DNA from: Octopus bimaculoides
Lineage: Eukaryota
DNA: 64,000 bases
Assembly (NCBI RefSeq): GCF_001194135.2
Contig: NC_068990.1
Coordinates: forward strand, 79,606,024-79,670,023
Reading direction: 5' to 3'
The stretch's first letter is position 1. Every line of letters starts with the position of its first letter. The notes below the pieces were generated by a model, which was given only the letters and a program-made list of their open reading frames with translations, made no database searches and was not told the DNA's origin. Shown one piece after another: positions 26,126-40,199 of the stretch. Made by a program: the position numbers and the translations under genes.

Positions 26126-29100
26126 AGCCATAATGCAGCTGTCTCCAATGCCTCAAATCAAGAGAAGAGGGTACATAATGGTAGAGGGCCCGTTGACACA
26201 GTTCTCCCAGGGTTGCTGGGCATGCACTGCCCTCTTCTCGATGCATACAACTTGCCCATGATATCTTCAGATTCCTCACATCTCAGACACCGAACTTCAC
26301 TAACTTCAGCTGCCGAATAACAACCTGCTGAATGAATTTCATCATCATGACAATATCAAACCACTGAGAAAGTTTCTTTCTCTTGTTGATGGATCACCTG
26401 TCATTCTCAACAATGGCACAAAGTAGCCATGTTGAAAAAAAAAACAAAAAAACTGGTAATTTCTCCAAGTCACTGAGGCTGGTAGTTTTTACTTAAAAGC
26501 ATCTGTGACATAAATCACCATCTAATGCCTAAGACATAAAACTTCCATAACATGTGCTAACTTTTTTCATTTGTACACCTACCTGTGAGTGTGTGTGTGT
26601 ACATACAGAACTAGATCTACTGGAGACTTGCATAGAGTACGACAAGAATATATTCTTCCAGCCAGTTGAGGAATGGTAGTTTGGGAGTGATTAATGCTAA
26701 CCACTAACTGTGTGTCATTTTTGAATGTCAAGTGACTTTGGTTGGCAATAAACTGACGCAAGGTTCTGGTAGGGAAGTAAAACGGCAGAGAAATAGTTTT
26801 GACAAACAGGAAAATTAGGTTTTCTGATAGTCATGTATGTTAAGTTATTCCTGTAATATCATTCATTAGACATACACATACATTTATATATACATACACA
26901 CATGGTGTGTGTGTATGTGTGTGCATTCTTATTCTTTCTTTTCTTTTTGCTTGTTTCAGTCAGTTGACTGCGGCCATGCTGGAGCACCACCTTTAGTCAA
27001 GCAAATCGGCCCTGGGACGTATTCTTTGTAATTGCAGCCAATAACTCGGGCTCATTCATTTTCATTCAGCGTCTAGTAGTCATCTTAGAGGTGCCCTGTT
27101 TCAAAAAATATCATTCGTAGCAGACGTTCTCTCGACATCATTCACACAGACCTGACTCGGGCTCAGAAGTTACAACCCGAGTTCTTATCTATAATCGTAA
27201 AAATTAAAAGTAATTCAAATTCAATGTTTTCTTGAAACAATAAATTTCTATAGAGATCAGGATTTAAATTCCAATCTACGAAAAGTTTCCGTTCTACAAT
27301 ATTCTTAAAGGAACGAAAAATTATCCAGCAACTCGGGCTAATACGAACGAGCCTGGTAGGTGTAAAAGACCGACTGGCAACTCTTGTCAAGAGTACAGGC
27401 GACAGTCACATCGCTGATGTTTGTTATGCAATCCGCTGTCGTTATTTGAATGCTGTTATTCTGTACGTCTGCGTGTAAAGATCAGTTGTGTCTTGCAGGG
27501 TTGTGTTATTTTTTACTCTTAACTTAGAAATGGAGAAAGACATAAAAATTAAGCCATTTGGGGCTAGAACTATTGCGGAAAAACGTGAAATTCTTCGAGC
27601 AGGCATACGTCTTATGCGAAATTTGTGATGAACCCGAGTGACGCTGATGACCTGGAGTCGCCTCTAATATATATACATATATATAAAGTCGGAAATTACA
27701 CACACTCGTGGACATATTTGTACATACACACTACGCATGTGTATATAAACATATATACTCACAGGTCCCCACACCTAATTGACTAATGCAATCAGTTTAA
27801 TATTAATACAGTTTCATTATATATTTATGTAGTGTAATGAAGCCTTAGGTTTTCATACATTTCCAAACAATCGAACGAATACATAATAAACACACCCAAT
27901 ATCCAGACACACGGCCAGGTTAATAGATATTATCAGCAGTTGGGTGGCGAAAAACACAACTGTTGCCCTTCGTAGAGTAAAGCCTATTCCATTCATATAT
28001 GCGTGTCCATGTGTGACACACATACACGTACACATAGACAGATATTTACTGGATCTGAAGGAAAATAATAGAGAAACGTGGCCACCAGGATTCTGGGGTG
28101 AAGGAGAGAAAGAAGGGAGAGAAAAAAAGAGAAGTGAATGAAAATATCGTAAATTCACTGCAATAAATGGCTTTATTATGGCTGAATGGATATGAATGTA
28201 AATGTGTATGTTTGTGTGCATGTATGCCTGTGTAAATGTGTGTCTGTGGGCGTGAGACGTGTGTTTGAAAGAGTAATAAGTGGAAAATGGGACACTGCGT
28301 GTGTCTTGTCGAATGAATGATATAATGCGTATGTGTGTGTGAGAGGAAAATGTTTATTAAATCAACAACGTTGACAATCTTTGCTCAACTTTCCGTCCTC
28401 ACTCAGATGGGGGAATAAAACTAACTCTGTATCTCTATTTAACATCAAAATCGTGTATATAGAAAGTGCTGTAGCAGTCGCCCTCCCATATAGCAAATGT
28501 GAAAAAGAAATTATATATAAAATCAATTTACTGCTTTTACGACTAGGTCGAGTCTTTCTAATTTAACAGTATTGACTATATAAATATAAACACACACATA
28601 TACACGTGTGTGTGTGTGTGTGTAATGTATATGTAAACGGTAGCAATTGTATCTGGGAGAAAAGCAATAAAGTAAAGCCACCAATTTAAACATCAGAGAC
28701 TAATGTGGGTGGAACAATCCAGACAAAGGGAAACTGAGGAGGGAACTAAAACAAAACAATTGATGTAAAGAAAAAAAGTTCTTAAACGAAACATGTAACG
28801 AAATGCATATACTTGTGTAAGACTGCCAGGTAGAAAAGCTGAAACAAGGCTCTATAAATATAAAATCTGGGCCTTAAATATTAAATACAAGAATAACCGA
28901 CGAACCCTCTCCGCTGTGCTCGATCTACTAGAAATAGCTGTTAAATGTCCCTCAAATAAAACCCTACCTTTAAAAGAATTGATATATTAGATAATGTGGT
29001 CGTAGATGTATATTTCCTGGGATGGGGGATGGATATATGGCTTGGATGTTTTTGGCTAATGTTTGCTTCATCAGGGGGCAAACGTGTTGAGGTATTTTAA

Positions 29101-29448
29101 ATGCCGAATATGAAGAATTTTAAGACACCTGCAACGGGATGGCCAAGGAACTGGCACAGAACACACACGCACAGAGTGGAGATGCCTAATGTAGTATGTC
29201 GGAGTACGCAATGTCAGGATGGCCATAGCTGGAGCGCTATCGATTAAAGCTGACCCAGTTAAACAAGTGTATACGCAACACCAGAGGAGGAGGACGACCG
29301 CAATATTTGAGGCAGTGAATGTTTAATAGACTAGAAGTCCTCCGAGAGCAAACTTTATACCATAACAACAGCAAATCTGTCCCACTGAGAGACCCCACCA
29401 CCACCTCCAATACACTGCATACTAACAGCAAATATTTGTGAGTGTATG

Positions 29449-29480
<32 letters not shown>

Positions 29481-29837
29481 ATGTTAATGTGGGTATAAAG
29501 ATTTAATGCTATGAGTATGGAAATTCTTAATTAGAAATACTTGTGTTGGTGTATTTATTTCTAAATATACGTGTTAATATACGAATATATATGTATTAAT
29601 TTGTAATTATGTGTGTGTGTGTGTGTGAACTTTTGAATATAAGTATTTATAAATGTGAGTTTCTTTGTAAATATATGTGCGTTTATTTCTAAATGCGTGT
29701 GTGAATGCAACACAAAAATGAGAAAAGACTTAAAACGAAAACAATTTCTTCCTGAAAAACTAAGTCGACATATGTTGGAATAAAGAGAATATGGTGTGGT
29801 GCCCACAGCTTTCTCAAGAATATTTAGTAGAATAGGT

Positions 29838-30168
29838 GCAGGCGTGGCTGTGTGGTAAGAAGATTGCTTCCCGCCGCATGGTTCCAAGTTCAGTCCCACT
29901 GCGTGACACCTTGGGCAAGTGTCTTCTACTATAGCTTCAGGCCGACTAAAGCCTTGAGTGGATTTGGTAGACGGAGACTGAAAGAAGCGTGTCCATCACC
30001 GCTTGACAACCGGTGTTGGTGTGTTTACGTCTTCATGACTTAGGAGTTCGACAAAAAGTTAGAACAAGTACTAGGCTTTAAAGTCCTAGTGTCGATTTGT
30101 TCGACTAAAACCCTTCAAGGCAGTGCTCCAGCATGGCCGCAATCAACTGACGGAAACATGTAAAATAA
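29838..30168 (+). mobile_element. tRNA-derived SINE with central microsatellite (second family)
   Basis: GGCGTGGCTGTGTGGTAAGAAG...GGTTCCAAGTTCAGTCCCACTGCG...CTTAG...GCTCCAGCATGGCCGC; other copies at ~8370, 20830, 26940, 33180, 45795 and 57830. Confidence 0.85.
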
Positions 30169-32399
30169 TAATTGGTCGTTTATTTTCTGTTACATTGGTT
30201 CAAGCCAGAAATACCATCAGACTGAGTATAGAGAGCAAGTTGTGCCCACGAGAGGGCCTCGACGTGGTCGTTTGATCCGTTGGAAATAGCAGACACATCT
30301 CCCTTAAATTACATCCTACAGTCTTTAAAGAAAAAAACACACAGGACTAGGTCGTCCTAAATAGTCCTGGAATTACGGTATGGTCACGGTTAGAATGTTT
30401 TTGCTGGATCAGGTATAACTCGGGATTAAATAAATAAAGCTTAAGTTTTGCCGTGAACTCTGTACCAACCAACCCCACACGACATTTATATAAAAATGTT
30501 TTTGAAGGAAATGGTTTAGAAAGATTTCAAATTTAGGCACAAAGCCAGTAATTTCGGGGTACAGCGTAAGTCAATTACATTGTTCCCAGTGCTCAAATTG
30601 TACTTATTTTATCGATCTCGAAAGATTGGAAGGCAAAGTTGACCTCAGCGGAATTTGAACTAATAACATAAAGACGGACGAAATGCCGCTAAGCATTTTG
30701 CCTGGTGTACTAAACCCTTCTGCCAGCTCGCCGCTCTAGAATGGTGTTATGATGCTAACAGGAATGTTGACCCTAATGTTTGACAATCCCAGAATTCCAC
30801 AAATAGAGGACGGTGGTAAATAAAGCACAATTTCTAACACTACAACCGTTTGAATTGAAACGATTAAGACATGTTAAACCTTAAAACTTGCAGTTATTGA
30901 AGATATCCAATTAACAAATCTTCGGCACTTTTATTTCTTTTTAAAAGACAGACACCGAGGAAAGAGGTCAACTGTTGTGTAAGAGAGATAGTGCGAATTA
31001 GATCGAGTTTAAATTACGTAAAAAGGAAAGTGTTCTTGTAAGGTGGCCTTGCAGCGATATCAGACACAAATGTAACTAGAAGCGACAGGAAGGGCTGTGT
31101 TGAAAGGAGAGAGGGTAAATTGAAGAGTCTGTGACAGAAGTTGTTATTGAAAGAGTGCATAATATTATAAATAATAAGACTGGGATGTCTGAGTGAGGGA
31201 AGGGCTGTTCCCAAGAAGTTGGGTGTAACTGCTAAACTCTCTAAGTGATCAAGCACGTATTCCTCATCAAGTCTTGACCCAGGTCAAAAGTTCTGTAATC
31301 TCTCACAACTAATAAGTTTTCTCACTGGTAAGTCATCTGTATAGTTTTTAGATTCCTTAATATTGGTGACCATGCTGTTATTCAGGAAGTCAGAAGTAAG
31401 AATGTAAAAAGCAACCGCTCCAATATGGTTGGTTATTTCTAGTAGGTTGGCTTCCTGAATGTTTTTCTCTCTTTACCAGCGAACGGACGAGAATATTTAA
31501 TTAAAGGGGTCAAATTACATGTTGTGGACAGAAGAGGGAATTAATTTCGACCAAGCCTGGACTAATAATTGTATAACACCAAAGAAATAGACTTAAATTA
31601 ATACAAAGCAGTATCTTACTGGTACCTCTTATGGGTAAACGAAAACCCTTTCTCGTGTTATATTCGAAACAAATATGCAACCATAAGGAACGAGCTGCTA
31701 GAAATAGCAGGCGATTCTCCCTCGAATTACATCCTGCTATTAAAAAAAAATGGGTTGATGGGAGGGTACGTTGGATGCTGCAATCCTGGTTACGTTATAT
31801 GAGAAAAAAGATGAAATGGTCACAGCTGGAACGTCTTTCATCACAGATGTAAAGATGAGAGGGGTGATGGACACTGAAACTACTACTACTGCCAGACACA
31901 GATGCAGAGACAAGACAAATCATGAGAAAAATACGAGAGAAATAAATATAAGAAGAGAGATAGAGATAAACAAGGACAGATAGAAATGGACATCAACATG
32001 GAAACAGACATGACCGTAACATACATACACGCATATACAAAGATAAACAAACATGCACACATACATACACATGTATGTATGTATATATATATACATATAC
32101 ACACATGTAAAAGATGTGGTTGTTGTTAGGATATGTGCAGACAGTCCGACAAAGACAAAAAGATATACGAGCAAGGATATATAGCAAGAGAGAGATATGA
32201 TTAGGTACATAGGATGTTAGGAGACAAATAAATATAGGGTAGCGAGATACATTCATAATTAGCAAGACAGACAGAGAGACATATAGGAAATTCCCTCCAT
32301 AAACAAAATAAAATTTAAAAAAAAAAGAGCTACGACCTAATATTTTCCTTCAGACTTAAATATTATTGCAGACGGACTTTTGTGCATGTATGCATGCAC

Positions 32400-32435
<36 letters not shown>

Positions 32436-32572
32436 AGTGAAGTGCGTGCGTGTGTGTGAGGTGGCGCGCTCAATGTGGCCGAGCAGAGACGGAGGTTGTT
32501 TAATTGAAGTAAAGCCAAACCAAATAAACAGAGGAATGTTGTCAGATTACTGACTACAGGTGAACTACTTAC

Positions 32573-32761
32573 CAATGCCTATGGTACTGCTGTTGTTCCT
32601 CTATGTTATGATTGTTGTTGTTGCCAGTATTAACCACTTGTTCCAACAGTGGTAACAACGTTAGTTGAAGAACAGATATCAAACGGAACCGGAAATACCA
32701 CAATGTTTTCACTCTCTAGTCACGGAAAAGGAATTTTTTATTACTGGAAAGCGCCATGTTG
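32573..32761 (-). promoter_or_regulatory. Candidate promoter and non-coding first exon (minus strand)
   Basis: YY1-like CAACATGGCG (32752-61), ETS-like ACCGGAAAT (32688-96) and consensus donor TTG/GTAAGT at 32573/32572, in unique CpG-retaining sequence. Confidence 0.45.
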
Positions 32762-34959
32762 AAATGTTGAGTGTTTTCTCAAGGAGCAATAAAATAAATA
32801 ACGGACAAATAACATTTGGTTGACATATATGTATATATATATGTATATATATATATATGTGTGCGTAACCATAATTGTCTCTCTATATTTCTTTATGCGT
32901 GTGAATATATGTTTACACATTTTTATGTGTATATAACCATAATTCTCTCTCTTTCCAAATAGATAGATAGATCAATAGATATGTGTGTAAATGAATATGA
33001 ATTCCCCTTAGTTTCATTTTAATTATCAAATCCTAACGTGGTTAACTTCCCTTTTGTTTCTTTTCATCCACCCGAATTTGGATGAATGGTGGGGGNNNNN
33101 NNNNNTGAATTCAGTCTATAGTCAAGAGTTGAAATCAATGGTTACATGTGTACCAAATACTTAATTATATAACATTTTCAGGCGTGGTTGTGTGGTAAGA
33201 TGCTTGCCACCAACCACATGGTCCCAGATTCAGTCCCACTTCATGGCACCATGGGCAAGTGTCTTCTACTATAGCCTTGGGCCTACCAAGGCCATGAAAG
33301 TGGATTTGGTAGGTGGAAACTGAAAGAAGCCTGTCGTGCATAATATATATATGTATATATATATATATATGTGTGTATGTGTGTTCTATTCTTTCGTTTG
33401 TCATTTCACTGTGGTCATACTGAAGCACCAACCTTAAAAGGTGTTTTAGTTAGAGAAATTGACAACAAGACTTATTCTTTGTGACCTTAGTACTTATTCT
33501 CTTGATTCATTTTGCCGAACCGCTAAGTTATGGAGACATAAACACACCAACATAGGTTGTCAAGTGATGGGGGTGGGGACAAACAAAGACACATAAATAT
33601 ATATATATATATATATCGTCAGTAAAACATAAATCCCAAAATGAAGCACACTAAGTAATAGAGCAATATATTATATAGATAAAGTAATATGCAATCTTCA
33701 GGTTCATGTAGTTGTGGTGACAGTTATATTTTACAATTTACAACTGTTTAATGCATGAAACTAATAGTTCAATCAGAATGAACATTTAATATTCTATCAT
33801 TTCATTGCATTATATTATTGTAAGATTGTAAATAAAATGTGAAAATCAAAGTTATANNNNNNNNNNNNNNNNNNNNNNNNNNNNNNNNNNNNNNNNNNNN
33901 NNNNNNNNNNNNNNNNNNNNNNNNNNNNNNNNNNNNNNNNNNNNNATATATGCATGTATATATATGTATACATACACACAGACATAGGGAAACAGACAAA
34001 TTGATTAAAAAATTGCATGCAGGTGGGGGAGGATGGGGGTTGTTGCAGTGGCAGCAGCATAAGATGTGTGTGTTTGGCATTGGCTGAATTGCATGTTTTG
34101 TCTCATGTAAATGAGTGAAATTGCAGTTACTATGTATGCATAGTCTCTTGCATTAAGAAAACTGGCATATTTTGGGGGTATCATGCATTTATAAATTTTA
34201 CTTTATTTACAGTTGGCAGATTTATCACAGAGCTGTGAGGTAAACATTTAAATTGAGGTAGACAGTGGTGGGAATGAAGGTGTGCTAGTAGTAGTGGTGA
34301 TGGTTGTATCAGTAGAATATTATGGCAATGATGATGATGATGATGGGTCAGTTGTAGTATTCAGAGAAAATGAGGAATGTGGATAACTGGACAGTGAAGG
34401 GCTTTTCATTGCGGAGTTTAATAGGTCGTCAATTGTGCTAGTTTTGAGGAGTGACTGTTACTGTTGGTCATACTGTTGTTGTTGTCGTTGCTGCTGTTGC
34501 TATTTATACATACTTTAAAGACATTGATGATGTTTTAGTTCGGTAGTATATCCTTCTAGAGAATTCCTTTGGGAATTTTATGACCAGCTTCACCAGATAA
34601 CATTTTGGACTTTTTATTTATTTCTTTTTGTTTTGAGAAGGAACCTAACTTTAAGCAACTTTTTTCAGATCAATTTTTAGACACTATTTTCCAAACCTGG
34701 CAAAGTATGTAGGGTGTGTGCTTGCACTGCCTGCACCCCCTGTTCCTGGGCAAGGATACTAAAGGAATCCTTCAACCCAGGGAATATCCTTAACTCCAGA
34801 ACAGAGATTTTCAGATCATGCTTGTACTTAAGGCAATTCCTTCTGGTCTACTGGGACCCACACAATAACAGGGTCATTTATAATTGACAACGAAAGGGAG
34901 ACAATCCCCTGTTGTTGACAATAACAAAGTGTTTTCCTCCTCCATTTTCTAGAAAACCA

Positions 34960-35030
34960 AACTATTGGACTTGGCATTTGTTGACCTAAAGAAAGCCTTT
35001 GACAGAGTCCTTCACTCTGTGATATGGTAG
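34960..35030 (+). mobile_element. LINE RT motif fragment (RTE-like)
   Basis: LDLAFVDLKKAFDRVLHSVIW. Confidence 0.7.
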
Positions 35031-35569
35031 TCATCATCATCATCATCATCATCATAATCATCACTTAATGTCCACCTTCCATGCATGCATGGGTAGGACA
35101 GTTGACAGGAGCTGGCCAGCAAAAAAACTACCCAAGGCTTCTGTCTCTGTTTTGGCAGAGATTTTACGGCTGGATGCCCTTCCTATCACCAACCACTCTG
35201 TAGAGTGGACTCGGTGCTTTTTATGTGGCAGCTGAGGTTAGTTTTAGCAAGATTTTTACAGCTGGATGCTCTTCCAAATGCCAACCATGTTACAGTGTGG
35301 ACTGGATGCTTTTAACATGGCACCAGCACTGGCAGGGTCACCAAGTAACTCACAATACAAGGAATTATGAAAGAGACAGGGCATTTGAGGAGGGGAACTT
35401 GTGCCAGAGGATGAAAGGTTAGAGTGTGACAAAGAGACAGAAGCAGGTGTCTTGCCACAAGAGAGGGGGCATTAGAGGAGGTGATCCAGTATCAGATGAT
35501 GAAAGGTTAGAATATAACAGGGAAATAAGGAGGCAGAAATAGGTGCCTTGCTATAAGAAGAGGTACATG

Positions 35570-35905
35570 GTTAAGAGAGAGAGAGACAGACAGACAGAAG
35601 AAGAGAGAGAGACAGACAGAAGAAGAGGGAGGGAGAGAGAGAGAGACAGACAGACAGAAGAAGAGAGAGACAGACAGAAGAAGAGAGAGAGACAGACAGA
35701 CAGACAGAAGAAGAGGGAGAGGGAGAGACAGACAGACAGACAGAAGAAGAGGGAGAGGGAGAGACAGACAGACAGACAGAAGAAGAGGGAGAGAGAGAGA
35801 CAGACAGACAGAAGAAGAGGGAGAGGGAGAGACAGACAGACAGACAGAAGAAGAGGGAGAGAGAGAGAGACAGACAGACAGAAGAAGAGGGAGAGAGAGA
35901 AAAGA
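35570..35905. repeat. Compound (GA)n/(GACA)n/GAAGAAGAG microsatellite
   Basis: Purine-rich repeat visible directly; it produces spurious RERQTD / SLSVC ORFs. Confidence 0.95.
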
Positions 35906-36379
35906 GAGGTACAAGAAAGAGGCCAGAAACGAGTGTTCTGAATGTAAAGGAGATACTTAGTTGCCTAGTCAGAGGAAAGACAAGAGAGAGAAAGAGAGGG
36001 AGAGAGAGTAGGAAATAACAACAGTATAAGAGAGAGCAGAAGAGAGACAGTGTAGTGCTAGGGTATACTCACAAGAATAACAAGAATAACCTGGTTTGAA
36101 AAATAGGGAATGGGTGTGGTGGTAAGCGGAGGGGGATGGGTAGCAGTGATCAGGGCAGTGAGGGCGAAGAAAGGGGATTGGAAAACAGTTATAATGTATG
36201 TGGAGGAAATGTAAAGAAGAGAAAGATGCTGTTAGAAGAGGAGGTGTAGTTTGATTTTTTAGGGTAGAGTGAGTGGGACACAACTCTCCTAGCACTCAGT
36301 TTCGTGGTAGTCTCTGAGGAAATTAAGGGTAGATAAACAGCTTGTGAAAATAATACAAGCCATGTTCAGGGGTGTTGTC

Positions 36380-37340
36380 AATAGAGTGAGAGTTAGCCAT
36401 GCAGCAGAGTGGTGAGTTTCGAATACAAGTAGACGTTGACCACGGATCAATTCCCTGTCCTCTCTTTTTCATCATTATTCTCCTGGCCATAATAAAGGAA
36501 TAAAAATGCCCTTGAAAACTGTTATCTGCAGATTACCTCATTCTCAAAGTAGAATCTATATTAGAATCAGGAAAGGAATTTCAGGTGTGAAAGCATACCA
36601 GGAATTAAAAGGCCTTAACTTAGCAAAGTTCTGGTAAGCAAGAAAATGGACGAGACCCCCAGCCAACCTCAGGTAAATAACACTGGCTATTTACCTGAAG
36701 GTAGGAAGGGTGAAGGCAGAAATTCCATACAGTGTATCCAGTGCAAACTATGGATGCACATGAAGGGCTGTGGAATCATGGAAAGGTTAAGAGAGAAGAT
36801 AGTGTTTGTATGTGGTTGATGTGTTGGAGCAATAAATACTAGAGACACATGGGAAATAGATTTTCTTAAATGCCCTGAAGGCCCCCTAGAGGTAGTAGAA
36901 AGTTTTACTTAGCTAGGTGACCTAATTATCAGTGAAGGTGGATGTTTTGAAAGTATTGTTTCCTGTGTAGGAATCTCAATGCTACATGGTAGTGAGATGT
37001 GGGCCATGAATGCAGAGGACATACAAAAACTAGAGGAGGATGAAGCTAGTATGCCCCACTGGATCTGCAATCTCAGAGCAGCAATGTGTTGAGAGAAGAG
37101 TTAGGCATTCATGGAATTAAATGTAGGAATTAAATGTAGTGTACAAGAGAGAAGAATGCACTGGTTTGATGCATATGGATGAGGATAGTTGTAAATAGAA
37201 GTTCATGTTATTTAAAGTGAATGGAACTTGTAAAAGAGGGAAAGTCAGGGAGACATGGGACGAAGTAGTGAAGGTGGATCTCGGAGCACTGAGTCTCATG
37301 TAGATGACAAAGGCTCAGAATGATTGGTGATTTACTATGC
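36380..37340 (+). mobile_element. Degraded RTE-clade LINE 3' region
   Basis: QVDVDHGSIPCPLFFIII and LLSADYLILKVES are decayed GVHQGSVLSPLLF / LLYADDL motifs, followed by RTE-like C-terminal remnants. Confidence 0.65.
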
Positions 37341-38220
37341 TGAAGAAGACTCAACCACCGTGGTTAAAATGAAGATAGGGATGCAATAATGGTAGATAGA
37401 ATAAATTCATGCAGAGTTAAAATTTTTAGGATGTGTAATTTGGATATCAGCACTTAAAGGTGACTCTTTAATATTGGCTTGAATACCAACTAATCCTAGG
37501 AGCAATAGCAAAGTTCTTACATTCTTCAGTAGACACAAGAGCTAATTCACTTTCATCAGCAGTAATTTTCATAGAACACTGAAAGGCGTTCCCAGTGATT
37601 GTCAAATCATATATTTTTGATGTTTTCATCGCCTATTCAGTCATAGTTGGTATTTTCTAATAAACAAATTTCCTTTATTCATTCATGTTTGGCCTGTAGT
37701 ATTGTCTGCACATTGCTGGTATTGTATAGTGGTATGGGAAAATATTTGATAAAGGCATACCATATTATAATGTGACAATATGTGATATTATGTGATATTA
37801 TGTGTGATATTATGGATTAATATGTAATGTTACTTTTAAGGTGGCAAGCTAGCAGAATCATTAGCATGCCAGGCAAAATGCTTAGCGGTATTTCATTCAT
37901 CTTTAGATTCTAAATTCAAATTCTGCCGAGGTCAGCTTTGCCATTCATCCTTTTTGGGGTCAATGAAATAAGTACCAGTTACACACTGGGGTTGATGTAA
38001 TTGACTTACCTCCTCCCCCAAAATTGTTGGCCTTGTGCCAAAATTTGAAACCGCTATGTAATATTATATGATAATGTAACAATATTTGATAACACATGAT
38101 AATAGGCTAATACTTGCGATAAAGTTATCATGTGATGATAATGTTTGATAATATTTGGTAATATATTTAAAATGTGTGACATTCAGTGGTTTTTGTGTAA
38201 AAATGGAATATGTGATAATA

Positions 38221-39114
38221 CGAGGTGTTTGAGGTAAATTTTATGATTCTTTTAATATCTCCTTTTTTGAGGAACAGGTCGATTGTTTTAGTGAACAGTC
38301 TGTGGTGTTGGAGAGCATAAAGATTCTCATTGTAGCTGAGAAAAAGTTAGCTGACATGGAGGACTGGAAACCATCTGAATATAGGGAAAGAGTTTGCTGC
38401 ATTATGATGGTTTGCACTCAGTATCAAAGTGCCAACATCTTGACTGCTGCTCAATGCTCTGTGAACATGGTAAAGGCTGTAAGACATGACATGGACATCA
38501 TGGAAACCAAGTTTCACCAAACTGTGATGATTTCTGGGTATGTTTCCAAGAAGGTTGACATCATGCCACTCCGACATCTTTGAATAAGGCCTTAGGCTTT
38601 TTTCAGATGGCTATGTAAAGCTGCTGGAGATGTGGTCAATCCCTGGCTAGAGTGAGTTGCTGCTGGGAGTCCATATGTGTGGCAATAGGATTTGGCTCCT
38701 TGCCATGCTTCCAGAAAGATTCAGAAGTGGTTGTCAGAGAAATTCTACAACTTCACAAGCTCCAATTTTTGGCTTCTTAATTCCCCCAATTTTATTCCCA
38801 TGGATTACTATGTGTGAGGCACAGTTGAGAAAGACACCAACCGCTCTACATGCAAGACCAAGGCCGGACAGGTGGCCAAGATCAAAGGAGTGTTTGAAAA
38901 TCCTCCAAAGGCCACTGTGAGGAACATATGCACCAAATTCCAGAGCTGTCTTGAGGCTGTGGCTACCATAAATAAACTGTTATCTCGCAACCATAATCTA
39001 GTTTATATATTTTGATTTTTTTAAAAATAATTTTGTTTTGGTGTGGGGGTAGGAGCAGATATTGTGCTTTGTTTACCTTTTATGAAAATTGTCAAATTTA
39101 GCCCCAAAGCCCTG
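38221..39114 (+). mobile_element. Degenerate, internally deleted DD37D (maT) element
   Basis: Remnants METKFHQTVMISG and WQ*DLAPCHASRKIQKWLS...NSPNFIPMDYYV* (37-residue D-D spacing kept); decayed TIRs ending ...CCCTG-TA. Confidence 0.82.
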
Positions 39115-40199
39115 TATGTGGAAATATGTGATAATTTTATAATGTTGGATAAAATGTTATAATATGAAGATTATAAAGTCTGTGAAGCTGAGTTGAAACT
39201 GGTCAAGAGTAGGTAAGAAAATCTTGGACTGATCGGCCGGTCACACCATTGCCTGTCTTCATTTCCCTTGGTCAGTGTTGACAACGATGGACACAAGAGA
39301 AAGAAATTGAGAGAGATTTATATGTCCTTGTTTTCTATTTGTATGTGTATGAGGTTCTATGACATGTGTGTGTGTGTGTGTGTGTGTGCACGCACGTGTG
39401 TGTGTGTGTGTGTACATGCATGTGTGTGTATGCTGTTTGCCCTGTTGATGTGTGTGTGTGTGTGATGTTAGTAATGAGTTAGACAGTGTAGCATAGGTGG
39501 TGTAGGGGTAGAAGTGAAGGGGACAGTGGAAATACAAGAGGTAGGTGGTGTGTGTGTGTGTGTGAAGGAGGATTTTAAATGAAAAGGGATGGAGAATTTA
39601 GACCATGAAGGACTGAAGTATGGAGAGAGAAAATTACTTCCTGCTCTAGACAGAGACAGGGGTATACAAGGCAAGTCCATACAAACCGATGTTGCAGAGA
39701 ATGATCAGTTGAGTGGAAATTGCATGAGACCAGGTTATCATTACTGAGTCTGAGGTCCTGAAGGTGCTTGGCAAAATGGTCGACCAGGTGTTGACCAGTT
39801 TGTCCAATGTATGGAGAGTGGCAAAGAGAACAGTGAGTGCCATAAATCAGATTACTAGAGGTGTATGTAAAGGAGTTGGTGACAAAGAAGGATCTGTTGT
39901 AGGTACTGGTGAAGAAGGTGGTGTTAGAGAGAAAGGAACAGGTGTGGCAGTCTGGGTGAAAGCAAGGGAAAGAGCCAGGCTGAGTGTCAGGAGTTGGGGA
40001 AGAGCTATGAACATTCTGACTCTTACAACGCCTTTTATTTTTGTTACCTGTTTTTCTATTTCTATGTTTCTTTTATATACGACAATTCTTTTTACATATT
40101 TCCCTGTTGGTATATTTCCTGCCTCTGTTCTTTCTGGTCTCTCTCTCTCTCTCTCTCTGTTTCTCCTCCTCTTTACTTGTGGAAGGCTCTGGTTCTGGT

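Noticed and set aside
35507-35941. 132-135 aa RERQTD / SLSVC ORFs on both strands
   Set aside because: They are a stop-free purine microsatellite, not a protein.
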